Part shown: positions 29,820-46,483 of the stretch, piece after piece
Position numbering within the stretch: position 1 is the stretch's first letter
Layout: each line of letters opens with the position of its first letter
Source: Eledone cirrhosa
Lineage: Eukaryota
Assembly: GCA_964016885.1 (NCBI GenBank)
Contig: OZ024740.1
Span: 96,224,001 to 96,288,000 of the forward strand
Direction of reading: 5' to 3'
Length of the DNA stretch: 64,000 nucleotides
The notes under the pieces: generated by a model
What the model was told of the DNA's origin: nothing
The model's database searches: none
What the model saw: only the letters and a program-made list of their open reading frames with translations
Made by a program: the position numbers and the translations under genes

Positions 29820-30960
29820 TAGTGTTTTCGATGCCCTGAGAGTGGGATTGGTCGAGTGCAAGGTCTTCCCCCACTTAATCTAAAAAAGACCAATGTAATG
29901 TTAATCCCATCACCAAGTTTAGCATATGTTGAGCCGAATAAAACGGGGCATGGAACAAGTGTGGCTGTAGTTGATACTCTTTATTCCTGGGTAGTGCATT
30001 ATCAAGGGATGGTCCACTGGATGCAGAACAAGAGCTACGCATTCAAAAGGACTTTGTAGCCTTCTGAAAACTTGAAAAGAACGTGTGGGTGGATCACGCC
30101 ATCAGTATCATGACCAAGCTGAGTGTGTGCAAGGCCTGCATTCTGAGTGCTCTGTTGTACTCTTCGGAAACATGGACAGTACATCGTATACATCTTCGTT
30201 TGCTTGAACACTTTAATCAGAAGAATTTAAAACGAATCACAATCATCAAATTGCAACAACAAATATCTGACACACAAATCCTTATAGATGCTGTTTGCAC
30301 GAGCATTGTATCTACCATATTGTCCTCTGAAATGCGGTGGGTATGTCATGTTGTGTGCAGGAATGAGGAAATACAACCAAAACAATAAGTTGACAGTGAA
30401 TTATACACTGGGAAACGCCTTCAGCACAAACCAAGTAAGAGATTGCATGGAAAGGAAAACAATCTCAAATACCTACAGATTCAAATACAGAACTGGTACG
30501 TGCTTGCTTTAGAGAGGGGAAAATGGAGAAGCCATGTGAAGGAGGGCTGCATAATGTTTGAAGGGAGACGTCTTGTGTCTGGAAACATCAAACGTCAGTT
30601 TCGGAAATGTCACTGTATGAACTCAACATGAATATAAGGAGCTGAGGTTGTAAGATGTGTGGTTGTTTTCTGCTCTCTAATTATGGGTACATGACCCATT
30701 TAAAATCATATAAAAAGCCAACTGTATGAAGCTCTATCCCTCTAATACTAGGTGAGACAACATGTGTGGTGTGCAAAAAGATATGCAAATCAATCCCTGG
30801 TGTTAAAAGGAATATGAGAGTACATAAGGATGACATCACACAATATGACCCAATAAGTCCAATAAAGGGCACATCTTTTATCTGTCACATTTGCTGCAAA
30901 CCGTGAAAATCTAATGCTGGACTGAAAAGAGACCTAAGGGGCCATGGGCAGACGTTGGAC
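29820..30960 (+). pseudogene. RTE-clade LINE 3' remnant
   Basis: TKLSVCKACILSALLYSSETWT, LEHFNQKNLKRI, RWVCHVV..EEIQPKQ, LALERGKWR, then C2H2-like fingers (C.VC.K.C; FICHIC.K). Confidence 0.82.
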
Positions 30961-31164
30961 TGTGTGATGGTTGACGAAGGTTGATAGGGAGAGGGACGGC
31001 AATAATCTGCAAAGATGAAGCAATCACTTTGTATGTATGTGTGTATGTATATATATATATATATGTGTGTGTGTCTAATGGTAGCTAAGATGATTCCATC
31101 GCCGGGGAAACAATTGTAACACACAATAAATTGAGTTCCGATGCATCACTAATTTTTCCTTTTC

Positions 31165-31273
<109 letters not shown>

Positions 31274-31293
31274 CACGCACACACACACACACA

Positions 31294-31349
<56 letters not shown>

Positions 31350-32054
31350 TTATATAGGTAGTATAGTTTGTAAGTAATATTTTTAAAAATATACAAAAAT
31401 ATTTATTAATCCAACAATGTACGATCACAATGTACAGTCAGTATCATATAGCTCTAAACTAATGTATTATATCAAAAACAATGTACCTATAATCTTTAAC
31501 ATATCATAGTTACACCTGTTTACAATATATCACCCAGTTTGGTATTTACTCCGCCAATCGAAATACTTGCATTAACGTGTATATCATATTGTGAACGAAA
31601 CGTAATGCACCTGTCTGCAATACACTTGTATGTAGTATTTTAAGTGGTGAACAATATATTGATATACATTTAATGTTATTTATTTTTGTTTAACCAGACC
31701 TATGTATTAAAACACTACATAGCTTTCCACGTTATATATAACTGTTATTTCATTTTGTTGAATAAAAATCAAAGTGATTTGAAATAAATGTTAACGTATA
31801 TGAATGTAAACAATTGAAAAAAGGGTGCATGTAGGCAAGTGCAGTATCATTAAAAAATAGTAGAAAGTTACGGTTGGAGCTTAGTTAAAAAGAAATTACA
31901 CGGCATCTATTGGAGTACCGTTAAATGGCTTCATACGGTTAAAGTGCCGTTAAAACAAGAAAACAAGTTATTTCGTATAGGCTGTGAGGTCATTAAGCAA
32001 GAAATTAAATGGGCACAATCGGAAACCTTCATGTTATATATATATATATACAGG

Positions 32055-32103
<49 letters not shown>

Positions 32104-32496
32104 AACGTAATCTGAGCGTTTCGAATATGAATAATAACATTTGATTCGTTTGCAATTATTCAAATAAGCCTCAATTGTATAGCCATGCCAGTAGAATGAA
32201 CACTTTATGCTTGCTCTTCTGTTGGTATGTAAACAGAACTCCAGGCACTAATATTTCTGGGTATCACCCTTCATCAGTACAGTTCACTGTTCACCTGCCA
32301 AACTGTCAGAGCTAGTGAAAATATATGCTATTTTCAAAACTACACATTGACTGATCGGCCTCATTTGCATATTAGCAGACTGGCTGACCAGTCAGATGTG
32401 CATATTAGCAGATCCACTGCTCAGCCAGATTTGCATATCAGCAGACTGGCCAGTCAGTTTCCTCTATACGAGCGATAAATGGCCGGCTTTGCCAAA

Positions 32497-34115
32497 TCTT
32501 TATATATATAAAAGCGAGGATGTGTGTGTATGTGTACAACTTTGGAAACCTAAGGCTTTTTACAATTACCAATCGAATTTGACCAAATTTTCTGTGGACG
32601 TTGCACACGTCGCTAAGATGGTCACATCACTAACATTATTCCTATCGACTCACCCTGAGCAATAACAAATCGATATCAAAATTATCGGTAGCAAAATTGA
32701 TGTAAGGGAGACAACCAACTTTATTGACAATCCTTATAAAAGAGTGAGATATGGAGACCTTCGTTTTCAATTTTAAAACAACAATCATCGTCGGACGAAA
32801 TTTCAGAAATATAAACATCAGATTCATTTGAAGATAAATCACTAATATTATCGTTTGTTTCTTGTTTATTCTTTGTTGCACTTTCAAAGTTAAAAAAACA
32901 CTTGTTGTTTTAACTTGTTTCACTATATTATGTGATAATTCACTATATTTTCGCGTTAAAGCCTAATCTCACAGCAGTCTCGAATTGACGAGATTTTGAT
33001 GATGGTTTGTTTATTTTTAAAACAATCGTTATAGGACTTTCGATTCAAACCATTGGGACCTACAACTTTTACATTTTTAAAACTTTCATAAGCCATGTTG
33101 TTACAAAAACAAATTTGTTGCACTTTCAAAGTTAGAAAAACACTTGTTGTTTTAACTTGTTTCACTATATTAAGTGTTAATTTCCACGGTAAGGGCCTAA
33201 TCTCGCAGCAGACTTGAATTAACAAGATTTTGATGAGGTTTTTTTTTATTTTCAGAACAATCCTTATGAAACTTTCCATTCAAAATATTGGGACCTACAG
33301 CTTTTACATTTTTAAAGTAATTCCGTCCATATTTGAGACAGGCATTATCTATGCTTCCAGCTCTATTCGTACACATCAAACATTTCGGCCAATGAAGGAA
33401 CATACTGTACAGGATTCTTCCTGGATGTCGACGGATATATAAATCTATTGATACTGTATGTGATCCACATGATGCGGTCAACTATCCAGTTGAATTTCTA
33501 GATTCTTTAAATCCTCATATTTTACCTCCTAATACATTAGTTCTGAAAGAGGGAACGCCAGTTATTTTGCTGAGAAATATCTCTCCTCCAAAACTATGCA
33601 ATGGTACACGCCTTGTGGTTAAAATCTGTCTTAGTATTGACGCTACCATTCTATCCCGATGTGGAAAAGGCGAGGAAGTGATAATAACAAATATTAGCCT
33701 GACTACATCAGGCGTGGATACTACCTTCTCCTTTCGCCGAACCCAATTTCCCCTTTGTGTTGCCTTTGCGATGTCCATGAACAAGTCGCAAGATCAAAGT
33801 CTGTTCGTCACTGAAATTCACTTGGATGAACCTTAATAATAACATTCGATTCGTTTGCAATTATTCAAACAAGACTCAATTTTATAGCCATGTCAGTAGA
33901 ATGAACACTTTATTCTTGCTCTTGTGTTGGTATGTGAACAGAACTGCAGACACTAATGTTTCTGAGTATCACCCTTCATCAGTACAGCTCACTGTTCACT
34001 TGCCAAACTGTCAGACAAAATATTGGTTGTGTAAAATGGTCCAATAAATTTATGTTAGCAATATTAAGTTCTCCACGCATTTGTATATCTCCAATTCCAT
34101 TCAAGGGAACAGCTA
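32497..34115 (+). mobile_element. Helitron remnant with PIF1-like helicase C-terminus (~33340-33830)
   Basis: YPVEFL.SL, L.LKEGTPVILLRNISPPKLCNGTRL, FRRTQFPLCVAFAMSMNKSQ.QSL; TC-TTTATATATATAAAAG 5'-like end; CTAG at ~34112; 33834-34015 duplicated at 32127-32310. Confidence 0.8.
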
Positions 34116-35031
34116 GATGATGTAAAACGGAGTATAAGAATCAAAATGAAAATCCGAAGTCAAGGTAAAATTTCAATCATTTAATCACGACATATATTTC
34201 AATAAGAGATAGTTCGATTGTGACGCCATGATCGATTATCACTGATCTCATCAATGAAAATGAATTGTCTTCAAACTTTTGTTATGAGGGAGAAAAATAA
34301 CGATGTTCTCTCACAGAATTCATTCCCTCACATGAAGACACACAAGTCAGAGAAACGGCGACTGCTATTAACTTCAGTTGAGGACATATAAGTTGATTTA
34401 TATCGCTGCAAAAGACGCTGGACATCAATCAAATCTGTAGGGATATAGTTAATGTGAGTGGGTACACACACACTCCACACCCACATACATCGGCTCGAGA
34501 TCAAAGAAAAAGATATATACATATATATACACACATCAACACAGTATTAAAAAAAATGTAGAATTATAAAAAGGTCACAGTTAGTGTGGATGGGTACGCA
34601 CACATTCTCACACATACCGAAGCAATGTCAGAGAAAAAAAAAACAAATATAAGAATGTACCAACACAGCATTCACCGAAATTTAGTTCACAAAGCAACAG
34701 AAGCTATGTCGGTCAAATCTCAATTTGACGATGTAAATTGGAAATATTGGGTTAACTAAGTGTGTACACACACACGTACACACACAAGCAAGCAAGTAAG
34801 GTTACCTTCCAAAAATCCTGCGGAATGTTTTCGAGGTTCTATGTTGGCAGTTGCTGACAAAATCAGTTCTCCTATTAATTAATAGGGGACCGCCTCTAAT
34901 AATATTAAAGGTTTCAGCTATACATAAATTGCAGACGACAGTGCTGCCGTTATGAGTTTGGGCTGAGCAAACTATGGACCAGGATAAGGAGTTCTCTATA
35001 TTCTGATGTTTAAGCTTTCAGACTAATATAC

Positions 35032-35062
<31 letters not shown>

Positions 35063-35063
<1 letters not shown>

Positions 35064-35774
35064 CGCTTTAAGCGTTTCTATTGTCCTAATAACTTATTTT
35101 AGTTATTATCGCTCCAACGTGAGGTATATCATTTTTAATGCGATGAAATACCCATCATCGTTATGGTAAATCACTGATGAGGGACTCATTTTATAACATG
35201 TTATCCATGTGCAACCAGCAGTATTCTTCTCACCCATATTTTTCATGTATTTAGCCAAACTGCAATTCTGTGTTTCTCTCTTTCTCTCTTACTGCTCCCT
35301 AGTTATCTCTGTTTCTCTTACTTTCTTTCATCCCCTCTGCCATGTCAGTTAACTCTTTCTCTCTACTGACCTCTTCCTCGCACTCCCACTCACTCAGTCC
35401 CTGTTTCTCCCCTTCTTTCTTCCTCCCGTTCGCTGGGAAAACGGTTTTCATTCTTTCTAACACCGGATTCGATGGCGAAAGGTCTGATTCTGACTCGCTC
35501 ATATATTCACACAGCTTATGCTGAAAGAATAACTATGTTGCTTGTGTTTATTTCCATCTTCGGTTAGCTTCCCCCTGTGTTGTTTACTTGTCTCACTCGC
35601 TTTACGCGATTCTATTGTCCTAATAACTTATTTTAGTTATTATCGCTCCAACGTGAGGTATATGACTTTTAATGCGATGAAATACCCATGATCGTTTGGT
35701 AAATCACTGATGAGGGACTCATTTTATAACATGTTATCCATGTGCAACCAGCAGTATTCTTCTCACCCATATTT

Positions 35775-35777
<3 letters not shown>
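35063..35777. mobile_element. Non-coding 1.3x tandem element (534-nt unit, ~180 bp direct repeats) in (TA)n (family E)
   Basis: 35063-35243 repeated at 35597-35777; diverged relative at ~56255-56495. Confidence 0.85.
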
Positions 35778-36239
<462 letters not shown>

Positions 36240-36274
36240 TAATTATATATATATATATATACATATATATATAA

Positions 36275-36401
<127 letters not shown>

Positions 36402-36407
36402 TAATTA

Positions 36408-37297
<890 letters not shown>

Positions 37298-37571
37298 CAA
37301 ATCAATAACAATGTGTTCAAATATCAGGCGATCATTTACAATGAAATAGCTCGAAGAAAGAGTATTTCTGAGCCGTGTAATATAGGTTAACATAAATCAA
37401 TATATTTGATGAACACAAATATCCTCATATTTATGTTTGTATTGCAAATGATCAAGTTAACTAGATAGAAATATACTAATAATAATATGGTCATTTGCAA
37501 ACATAAATATGAGGATATTTGTGTTCATCAAATATATTGATTTATGTTAACATATATACATATATATATAT

Positions 37572-38559
37572 ATCGGGTCTATCTTCTAACATACAAGTAT
37601 TTAAGGAACACGCCGAGTACTGCGATAACGCCCTTAGTAAAGCAGGCTACCTCAACAAAATAGAGTACATAGATGGGAACAATCAAAACACCCAAAATAA
37701 ATCCCACATAGGTAGATATAATAACACAACACCAAACCACACTTACTACCATAGTATGCACACCAGTAAACCAACAAACAAAACTAATAGAAAGCGATGC
37801 AAAGAGTACTTATGGTATAACCCCGAATACAATAGCTCCATTAGTACAAATTTACCAGTACTCTTCTTTAAAATAATTAAAAGACATTTTCCCACATCAC
37901 ACAAATACCACAAAATCCTAAACCCTACCACTATAAGACGGTCATACTCTACAGCGTTAAACCTTAAACAACACATAAAAAAGATCAATACTAGAAGGTT
38001 AAACGAAAACACTAAGAACTTAAGTACAAAGAACACAAAAAAAACAGTAGACAATACACTACAGAACATAAATAAACCACACCTAAGTTCGTCCGCAATA
38101 CTACTCCAGAGAAAACCCAACGTACACAACTGTAACTGCACCTATCCTGACAACTGCCCCCTCGGCAATAACTGCCTGGAAAAAAATATTATTTATAAGT
38201 GTACCATTAAATCCGGAGGCAACGAGTGGTATTACGTGGGATCAACGGCAACATCGTTTAAATCTCGATTGTATAGGCATTCTTACTCAATAAAACACCA
38301 GAGCCAAAGAAATGTAACAACTTTAGCAGAAAAAGCTTGGACGCTCAGGGATAGCGACCAAAAGTTTACCCTAAAATGGGAAAAATTAGCTAAAACCCAA
38401 AGCTTTTCCAGGAGCCAAAATTTCTGCAAATTGTGTAATCTTGAGATTTATTACATAATCACACACAAGAAGAAACTGCTGAATAACAGAATTGAACGAA
38501 CATTATTCTGCCGTCACAGAACTAAAACCCTTTTTTCCCACTACAAGCCGAACATTTGA
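37572..38559 (+). CDS. 5'-truncated but uninterrupted Hydra-type PLE ORF (RT thumb, linker, GIY-YIG EN)
   Basis: ISGLSSN, ALSKAGY, WYNPEY, RHFPTSHKYHKILN, CNC....CPL...CL, IIYK..YVGST...FKSR, CKLCNLE, LLN.R.E...CRH. The N-terminal ~18 aa of the predicted ORF come from flanking repeat. Confidence 0.88.
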
Positions 38560-38850
38560 AAGAAAGGATACGTACACTTGAAAGAAAAATTTAAGTCTGA
38601 ATGTTAATTAAGTGCAAACACAAAACCAACCACGCATATCTTTACTATCTCTAATCCTTCTATAGATTTAGAAAAATAACCAATAATATATTCTATAAAA
38701 AATGTCAAAACAACAGATGGGAATCTAATTACTCACTGCCACCAAGAATTCTCACTGCTATCGAAAAACCACTCCTTCAACTATTCTTCTAACAACTTCA
38801 CCCCTCCCTCCTAATATTCTTTATAAAAACTAAATAGGTCCTCAGTAATA

Positions 38851-38907
38851 TTATTCTGATGAAATGACAGTAAATAATAACATTGAAATATTGAATGTCT
38901 GCATAAC
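38851..38907 (+). ncRNA. Hammerhead motif in the 3' UTR of the Hydra-type PLE
   Basis: CTGATGA 38856-62; AATG/CATT stem II; GAAA 38885-88; ATAT/ATGT stem III; GUC ending 38899; stem I weak. Confidence 0.65.
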
Positions 38908-39001
38908 TAAAAGTTTGTAGATAGCTGTTTTAGGTTATTTAACTGTTATAGAAACACGTGTCAATAAATTCCTTTCAACTAAACTGTATCCATTCAAATC
39001 T

Positions 39002-39100
<99 letters not shown>

Positions 39101-39104
39101 TAAT

Positions 39105-39168
<64 letters not shown>

Positions 39169-39176
39169 TATATAAT

Positions 39177-39228
<52 letters not shown>

Positions 39229-39236
39229 TATATAAT

Positions 39237-39358
<122 letters not shown>

Positions 39359-39363
39359 CATAC

Positions 39364-39415
<52 letters not shown>

Positions 39416-40316
39416 ACAGATGGGTATGCACGTTCATTGCAAGAGAACGTCTCCATGAACCACCAGCTAACAGAATATTTGTCTACGACTTCATTCATAC
39501 CATAAACGTGGTTTTGTCTTTGCGTGTAATTGTTTTCACCGCTCCAAATAATGACATATTATCTGCGTTTTTCCGTTCTTTGCCAGGGAACGTTTTCACG
39601 AACCAAAGTATCGTCTTTCTGTCTACCTTCGGTGGCAACTCTTTTCGAAATATTAACTTTTGCGTTCACAGATTGATTTTTTTAGTTTCAGAAGATACCG
39701 TTAAGGGTGAAAGCAGCGAATCTTTGCTCCCAATGCAGTTCATAAATAACATCGTCTCTGTTTAATGTATCATAGATTACGTTACTGATTACATAAGACA
39801 GTGTAACGCAGTTTTCGATCAATTTCTGTTTATATTGTCAATGAAGGTTTAATTTGATGTATCATATCTACATGCATATATACTTGCGTATAATATCAAT
39901 ATGCACACTACACACACTAGCAGAAAAAACACCCGAATGGTGGTTTTTATGCTAGTTAAAGTAATAATAATTACATACACACATCATTATACGTACATAC
40001 ACCCGCGTATGTGAAAACACACGCCATGCATGCATAGACATTCACTTACACATAAATGCTCGCACACATACGAATGTATACACCAAATACACATATAAGT
40101 AGTTGTTTATATAATTATATAAACGTATATAGATATATAAATATAACACACATGAATACGTATAAAACGCACGCACACACATTCCTAAAAGTACCAGACG
40201 TACATATACCAAATATCAATTTACACATATACACACCTTACATACGTGCAAACACGCATACACGCATACACACACAAAAACGAAACAATCATGTACACAT
40301 AACCCATATACACACA

Positions 40317-40755
40317 TAACAGTATATATAATATATACACCTGTAACAAATACAATCTTATATACGTACGAGAAAGTATATGTACATCCAATAAACATAC
40401 GGTAAGGTATACTTACCTATACAAATAAGTAATGGTAAAAACATAAAATATACTTAGCTACCAGATCTAGACGTAAATTATCCGCGTATCTCCATGGCAT
40501 CTGCGGCGCAATATATGGTATTTTATTTCGGTTACACGATGTAGTCTGATCTAGGATCTCCCAGTGTAACCTATATTGGGTGTGGTTGCCTTTTAGACCC
40601 CAGATATAAACAGAAGGTGAAGTCATATTCCTTCTTACAGGATTAAGATAATAATTTGTATAGGTAAGTATACCTTACCCGTATACTTTGTGGAGGAACG
40701 TATACTTTCTTGTATTTGTTATAGGTGTATATGTTATATATACTGGTATGTGATG
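40317..40755 (-). pseudogene. Old Hydra-type PLE EN C-terminus with short inverted arms
   Basis: SVYIWGLK....L.WEILDQTTSCN...NLRLDLVAK; ~40317-40420 inverted versus ~40660-40750. Confidence 0.6.
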
Positions 40756-41151
40756 TGTGTATATAATAATGTTCAACACATTTATTTACATTATTCTTAA
40801 CTGCGAAGCCGAGGACCATTCGGTTTCTTAACTAGAATATTAGTCGAACGACACCATTATACCATAAACAGGGTTTTGCCTTTGTATGTAAGTTTTCTCT
40901 TCGCTCCACATAACGACGTATTTCCTTTGCTTTTTTCTGTCATCTTCCTGTTTTCCTTCTGTTGCAACGTTTTTCGAAATATTCACTTCTGCTCTCACAG
41001 ATTGATATTTTTTTTAGTTTCAGCAGATCTCGTTAAGTCTTAAAATCTAATGTTATTTTAATAAATATTTCCACTATGGTTGTTATATATTTGATATATA
41101 TGTATCCTTATCGCGCGCTCTTTGTATTTTAGTATTCACATTTATTATTAT

Positions 41152-41199
<48 letters not shown>

Positions 41200-41202
<3 letters not shown>

Positions 41203-43170
41203 AACGAGTAGGACCCCGACGTCTGAACTCAACCCGTTTCGACGGCTAATTCTGGACTAAATGAACATGTTTATCCCGGTATATGAATAGCAGAGGTTAT
41301 CAGGGGGTAATTCCATATATGATAAAAGTGATTGTCACAAGGATTAGTTAAAAGTTTGTTGTTGAGACACATAATTCTATCATGGCAATTTATGGAAGGT
41401 AGGGGTAGCTGAAATTGCCAGTAGAAGAAATAGGGAGAGGGTGTGGAGGAAACCCAGTCGTGCGTTGATAGTGCCAACTACAACAGGGCAGGAGGTCAAG
41501 CAAGTATACTAGGGAGGGGGAGGAAGTCGAAACAATAAGTAAATCAATATGGAGTAAATATATAGAAGAATACCAAGAATGTTAAAAAGATAAAAAAAAC
41601 AATTTTGGTTACTATTCCCTAACCAGAGTCACCAAGTCTCTCGCTGGTACTGCTATACTATAGAAAAGTTTACTAGGTGGGACGGAATTGTAGTGAGACC
41701 ATTTTAAATGTTAGTAGTAATCAACCGAGTATATCTTACGGTGACAGGTCAACAAGTGGGGGCCAAAATACTAAATAAACTACCACGAAATAATAATTCA
41801 GAGTCCCGATACTAATACGACATAATTGTTTCTTCCCTAGGCACAAGGGCAGCAACCACCCAATGCAAAAAGAAACTAATACGAAATAATAATTCAGAAT
41901 CCCCAAAATGAATACTAATAATATCTCTAAGTGTGCCGCTACGATACAAACATTCTAGTGCAAACTAGATAAATGCTCGTACGAAGTATATGAAAAATTT
42001 GATACGGAAAATTAATTCAGAATACCCCAACACTCCCCACCCCCCAAAAATAAATACCGATATACGAGAAATTAAAGCAGAGATACCACTAAGAAATGTA
42101 GAAAGGACGGAAATGGGGCAGCAATCGGATAAGAAAGCAAGTATCTGGGGTCTATCACATCTGCTGTAAAAAGCGGAGTCTGCCAATTCTATCACAGAAT
42201 AGGGGATGGGGGTGGGGGTACTGAGGCTACAAAGGACCGAGAGGCTGCCTCGGGTGGGCGAGAAAGTGAAGAGGTCGACTACAAAGAAGGAGGACTGGGG
42301 TGGAAGGACTAGCAAGGGATGGGGGAAGAAGGAAATATATAGGAAACGATAAAAAGATATAAAAGAACATCTTACGTCTACCTTTGCAAGCAGGGGTTAC
42401 CCATTACAAAGTCGGCACGTGGGGTGTTACAGCCCTTGTCTACCCCACGCGTCATTGTGGGGTTTGAAGGGGCGGTAAGTCCTACGCAATCTGTGTTTGC
42501 ATGCAGTTACCAGTTACTAGGGTAGAAACCATTCTTTCGTATTAGTATCGGGACGGTGAATTATTATTTCGTAGTAGTTTCTTTAGTATTTTGGCCCCCC
42601 ACTTGTTGACCCGTCACCGTAAGATATATTCGGTGGATTACTAATACCCCTTAACAGGGTCTCATTATAATTCCGTCCCACCTAGTAAACCTTTCTTTAG
42701 TCTAACAGTACCAGTTAGAGACTTGATGGCTGTCCTTCGGTTATAGTAACCAGAAATTGTTTTTTATGTTTAATTGTTTTTTTAACATTCTCCGTATTTT
42801 TCTATATATTTACCCCATACTGTTTTACTTATTGTTACGACTTCCTCCGCCTCCCCCTCGCTAGTATACTCCCTTGACCTCTTGCCCTGTTGCAGTTGGC
42901 ACTATCAACGCACGACTGGGTTTCCTCCACCGCATCTGCCTCTTTCTTCTACTGGCAGGTTCAGCTACCCCTTCCTTCCACAAATTGCCATGTTAAAATT
43001 ATGTGTCTCAACAACAAACTTTTGACCAATCCTTGTGACAATCACTTTTACCATATATGAAATTACCCTCTGAGAAGCTCGGCTATTCATATGCCAGTAT
43101 AAACATTTTCATTTAGTCCAGAATTAGCCGTCGAAACGGCTTGAGCTCAGCCATCGGGGTCCTAATCGTT

Positions 43171-43172
<2 letters not shown>
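41200..43172. mobile_element. 2 kb family-A foldback in (TA)n with outward HHRs
   Basis: Arms ~41200-41820 and ~42538-43172; HHR-like motifs at 41208-41312 (-) and 43062-43166 (+); SINE 3' fragment at ~41821-41867. Confidence 0.9.
43062..43166 (+). ncRNA. Type I hammerhead-like motif with long stem II (family A)
   Basis: accct-CTGAGAA-gctCGGCTAttc...gaatTAGCCGtc-GAAA(43133-36)-cggct.tgagctc.agcca-TC-ggggt. Confidence 0.65.
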
Positions 43173-43206
<34 letters not shown>

Positions 43207-43221
43207 CATATATATATATAT

Positions 43222-43255
<34 letters not shown>

Positions 43256-43270
43256 CATATATATATATAT

Positions 43271-43348
<78 letters not shown>

Positions 43349-43360
43349 CATATATATATA

Positions 43361-44085
43361 TAGTTATAGCTCTGATTTATCCAATTATTGAGCCCTCTGC
43401 CACTCATATCGGATATTGTTTAACGTTAATTCGTGAGCTGATTTTCCGATACCCGATTATTCTATTATATTTAGCTCTAGACCTAGATATTTACCAGTTC
43501 ATTTTATTGATCATTTTTTGGCGATTCTATTGACTGATGAATAGCTCCTGTTTATTTTAACATGTCTATTGAGCACTTTGATTCGATATATGATATTTTG
43601 TATTCTTACATGATTTCTACATTACCGAAAATGTTTTCGCTAATATAGAGGTTATCTCCCTTGCTGGGCACCATGTGCGTGTCTGGCTAAAGGTCACTTC
43701 TTTATTATCGGGCGGAACCCGTTTATAAAGCTCTTCCGGTCCACTCCTTCCCTAGAAGTCTTATATATTTTTCCGTGGGCTGATAGTGAACGGATTAAGG
43801 AATTGCAGAAACCCAAGAAGCTAGATTTAACACCCTTCTAGCGGGTCCGGGTAAGTTTTTTTACATTCATTTAAATTATTGACTTATTGATATTTTATTT
43901 GAGTGACCCGAATCTTCTTGGTCGTTCTTTTTCGGTTGCACGGTTGATTTTAGGCATAATCTCTGTGTTGGTAATTTAACGATAGTTATAGCTCTGATTT
44001 ATCCAAATTATTGAGCCCTCTGCCACTCATATCGGATATTGTTTATCGTTAATTCGTGAGCTGATTTTCCGATACTTGAATATTC

Positions 44086-44090
<5 letters not shown>
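43361..44090 (+). mobile_element. Non-coding ~622-nt unit with ~110 bp direct repeats and an internal HHR-like motif (family F)
   Basis: 43361-43470 repeated at 43983-44090. Motif 43769-43854: ttccg.tggg-CTGATAG-tgaa...ttgca-GAAA-CCC..GCTAGA/TCTAGC.GGG-TC-cggg. Confidence 0.75.
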
Positions 44091-44131
<41 letters not shown>

Positions 44132-44135
<4 letters not shown>

Positions 44136-44602
44136 CAATTTAAAAAAATATATGATCAACACTAATGTGTTTTTTTTTGCAAAATGACAATAATTTTTTA
44201 ACCAGATAGAAATACCTTAATTCAAGTACATATAGTCCGTCTGTATCGATCTAGAAAATATTAAATATTAAATCCATACTTACAGACTTAAAATGGCAAC
44301 TGCCATTTTACGTCTGTTGTATATATATATATATAGGAACGATTAGGACCCCGACGGCTGAGCTCAAGCCGTTTCGACGGCTAATTTTGGACGAAATGAA
44401 AATGTTTATACTGGCATATGAATAGCCGAGCTTCAGTTGCCATTTTACGTCTGTAAGTATAGATTTAATATTTATATTTTCTAGATCGATACAGACGGAC
44501 TATATGTACTTGAATTAACGTAATTCTATCTGGCTAAAAAATTATTGTCATTTTGCAAACAAAACACATTAGTGTTGATCATATATTTTTTTAAATTGTA
44601 AT
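44132..44602. repeat. 170 bp inverted repeat enclosing a truncated family-A end
   Basis: 44132-44301 is the reverse complement of 44434-44602; family-A fragment at 44335-44433. Confidence 0.85.
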
Positions 44603-44659
44603 GTAATGCTCAGAAGTATCTTTCTTAGAGCTTAATATTTGTAACTGACTACTAAACTG

Positions 44660-46416
<1,757 letters not shown>

Positions 46417-46483
46417 AACGTAAAATAAGAACAATTTAAAAGAAACATTTTTTTTAAAATTAACTTACTTACTAAAATGTTCA

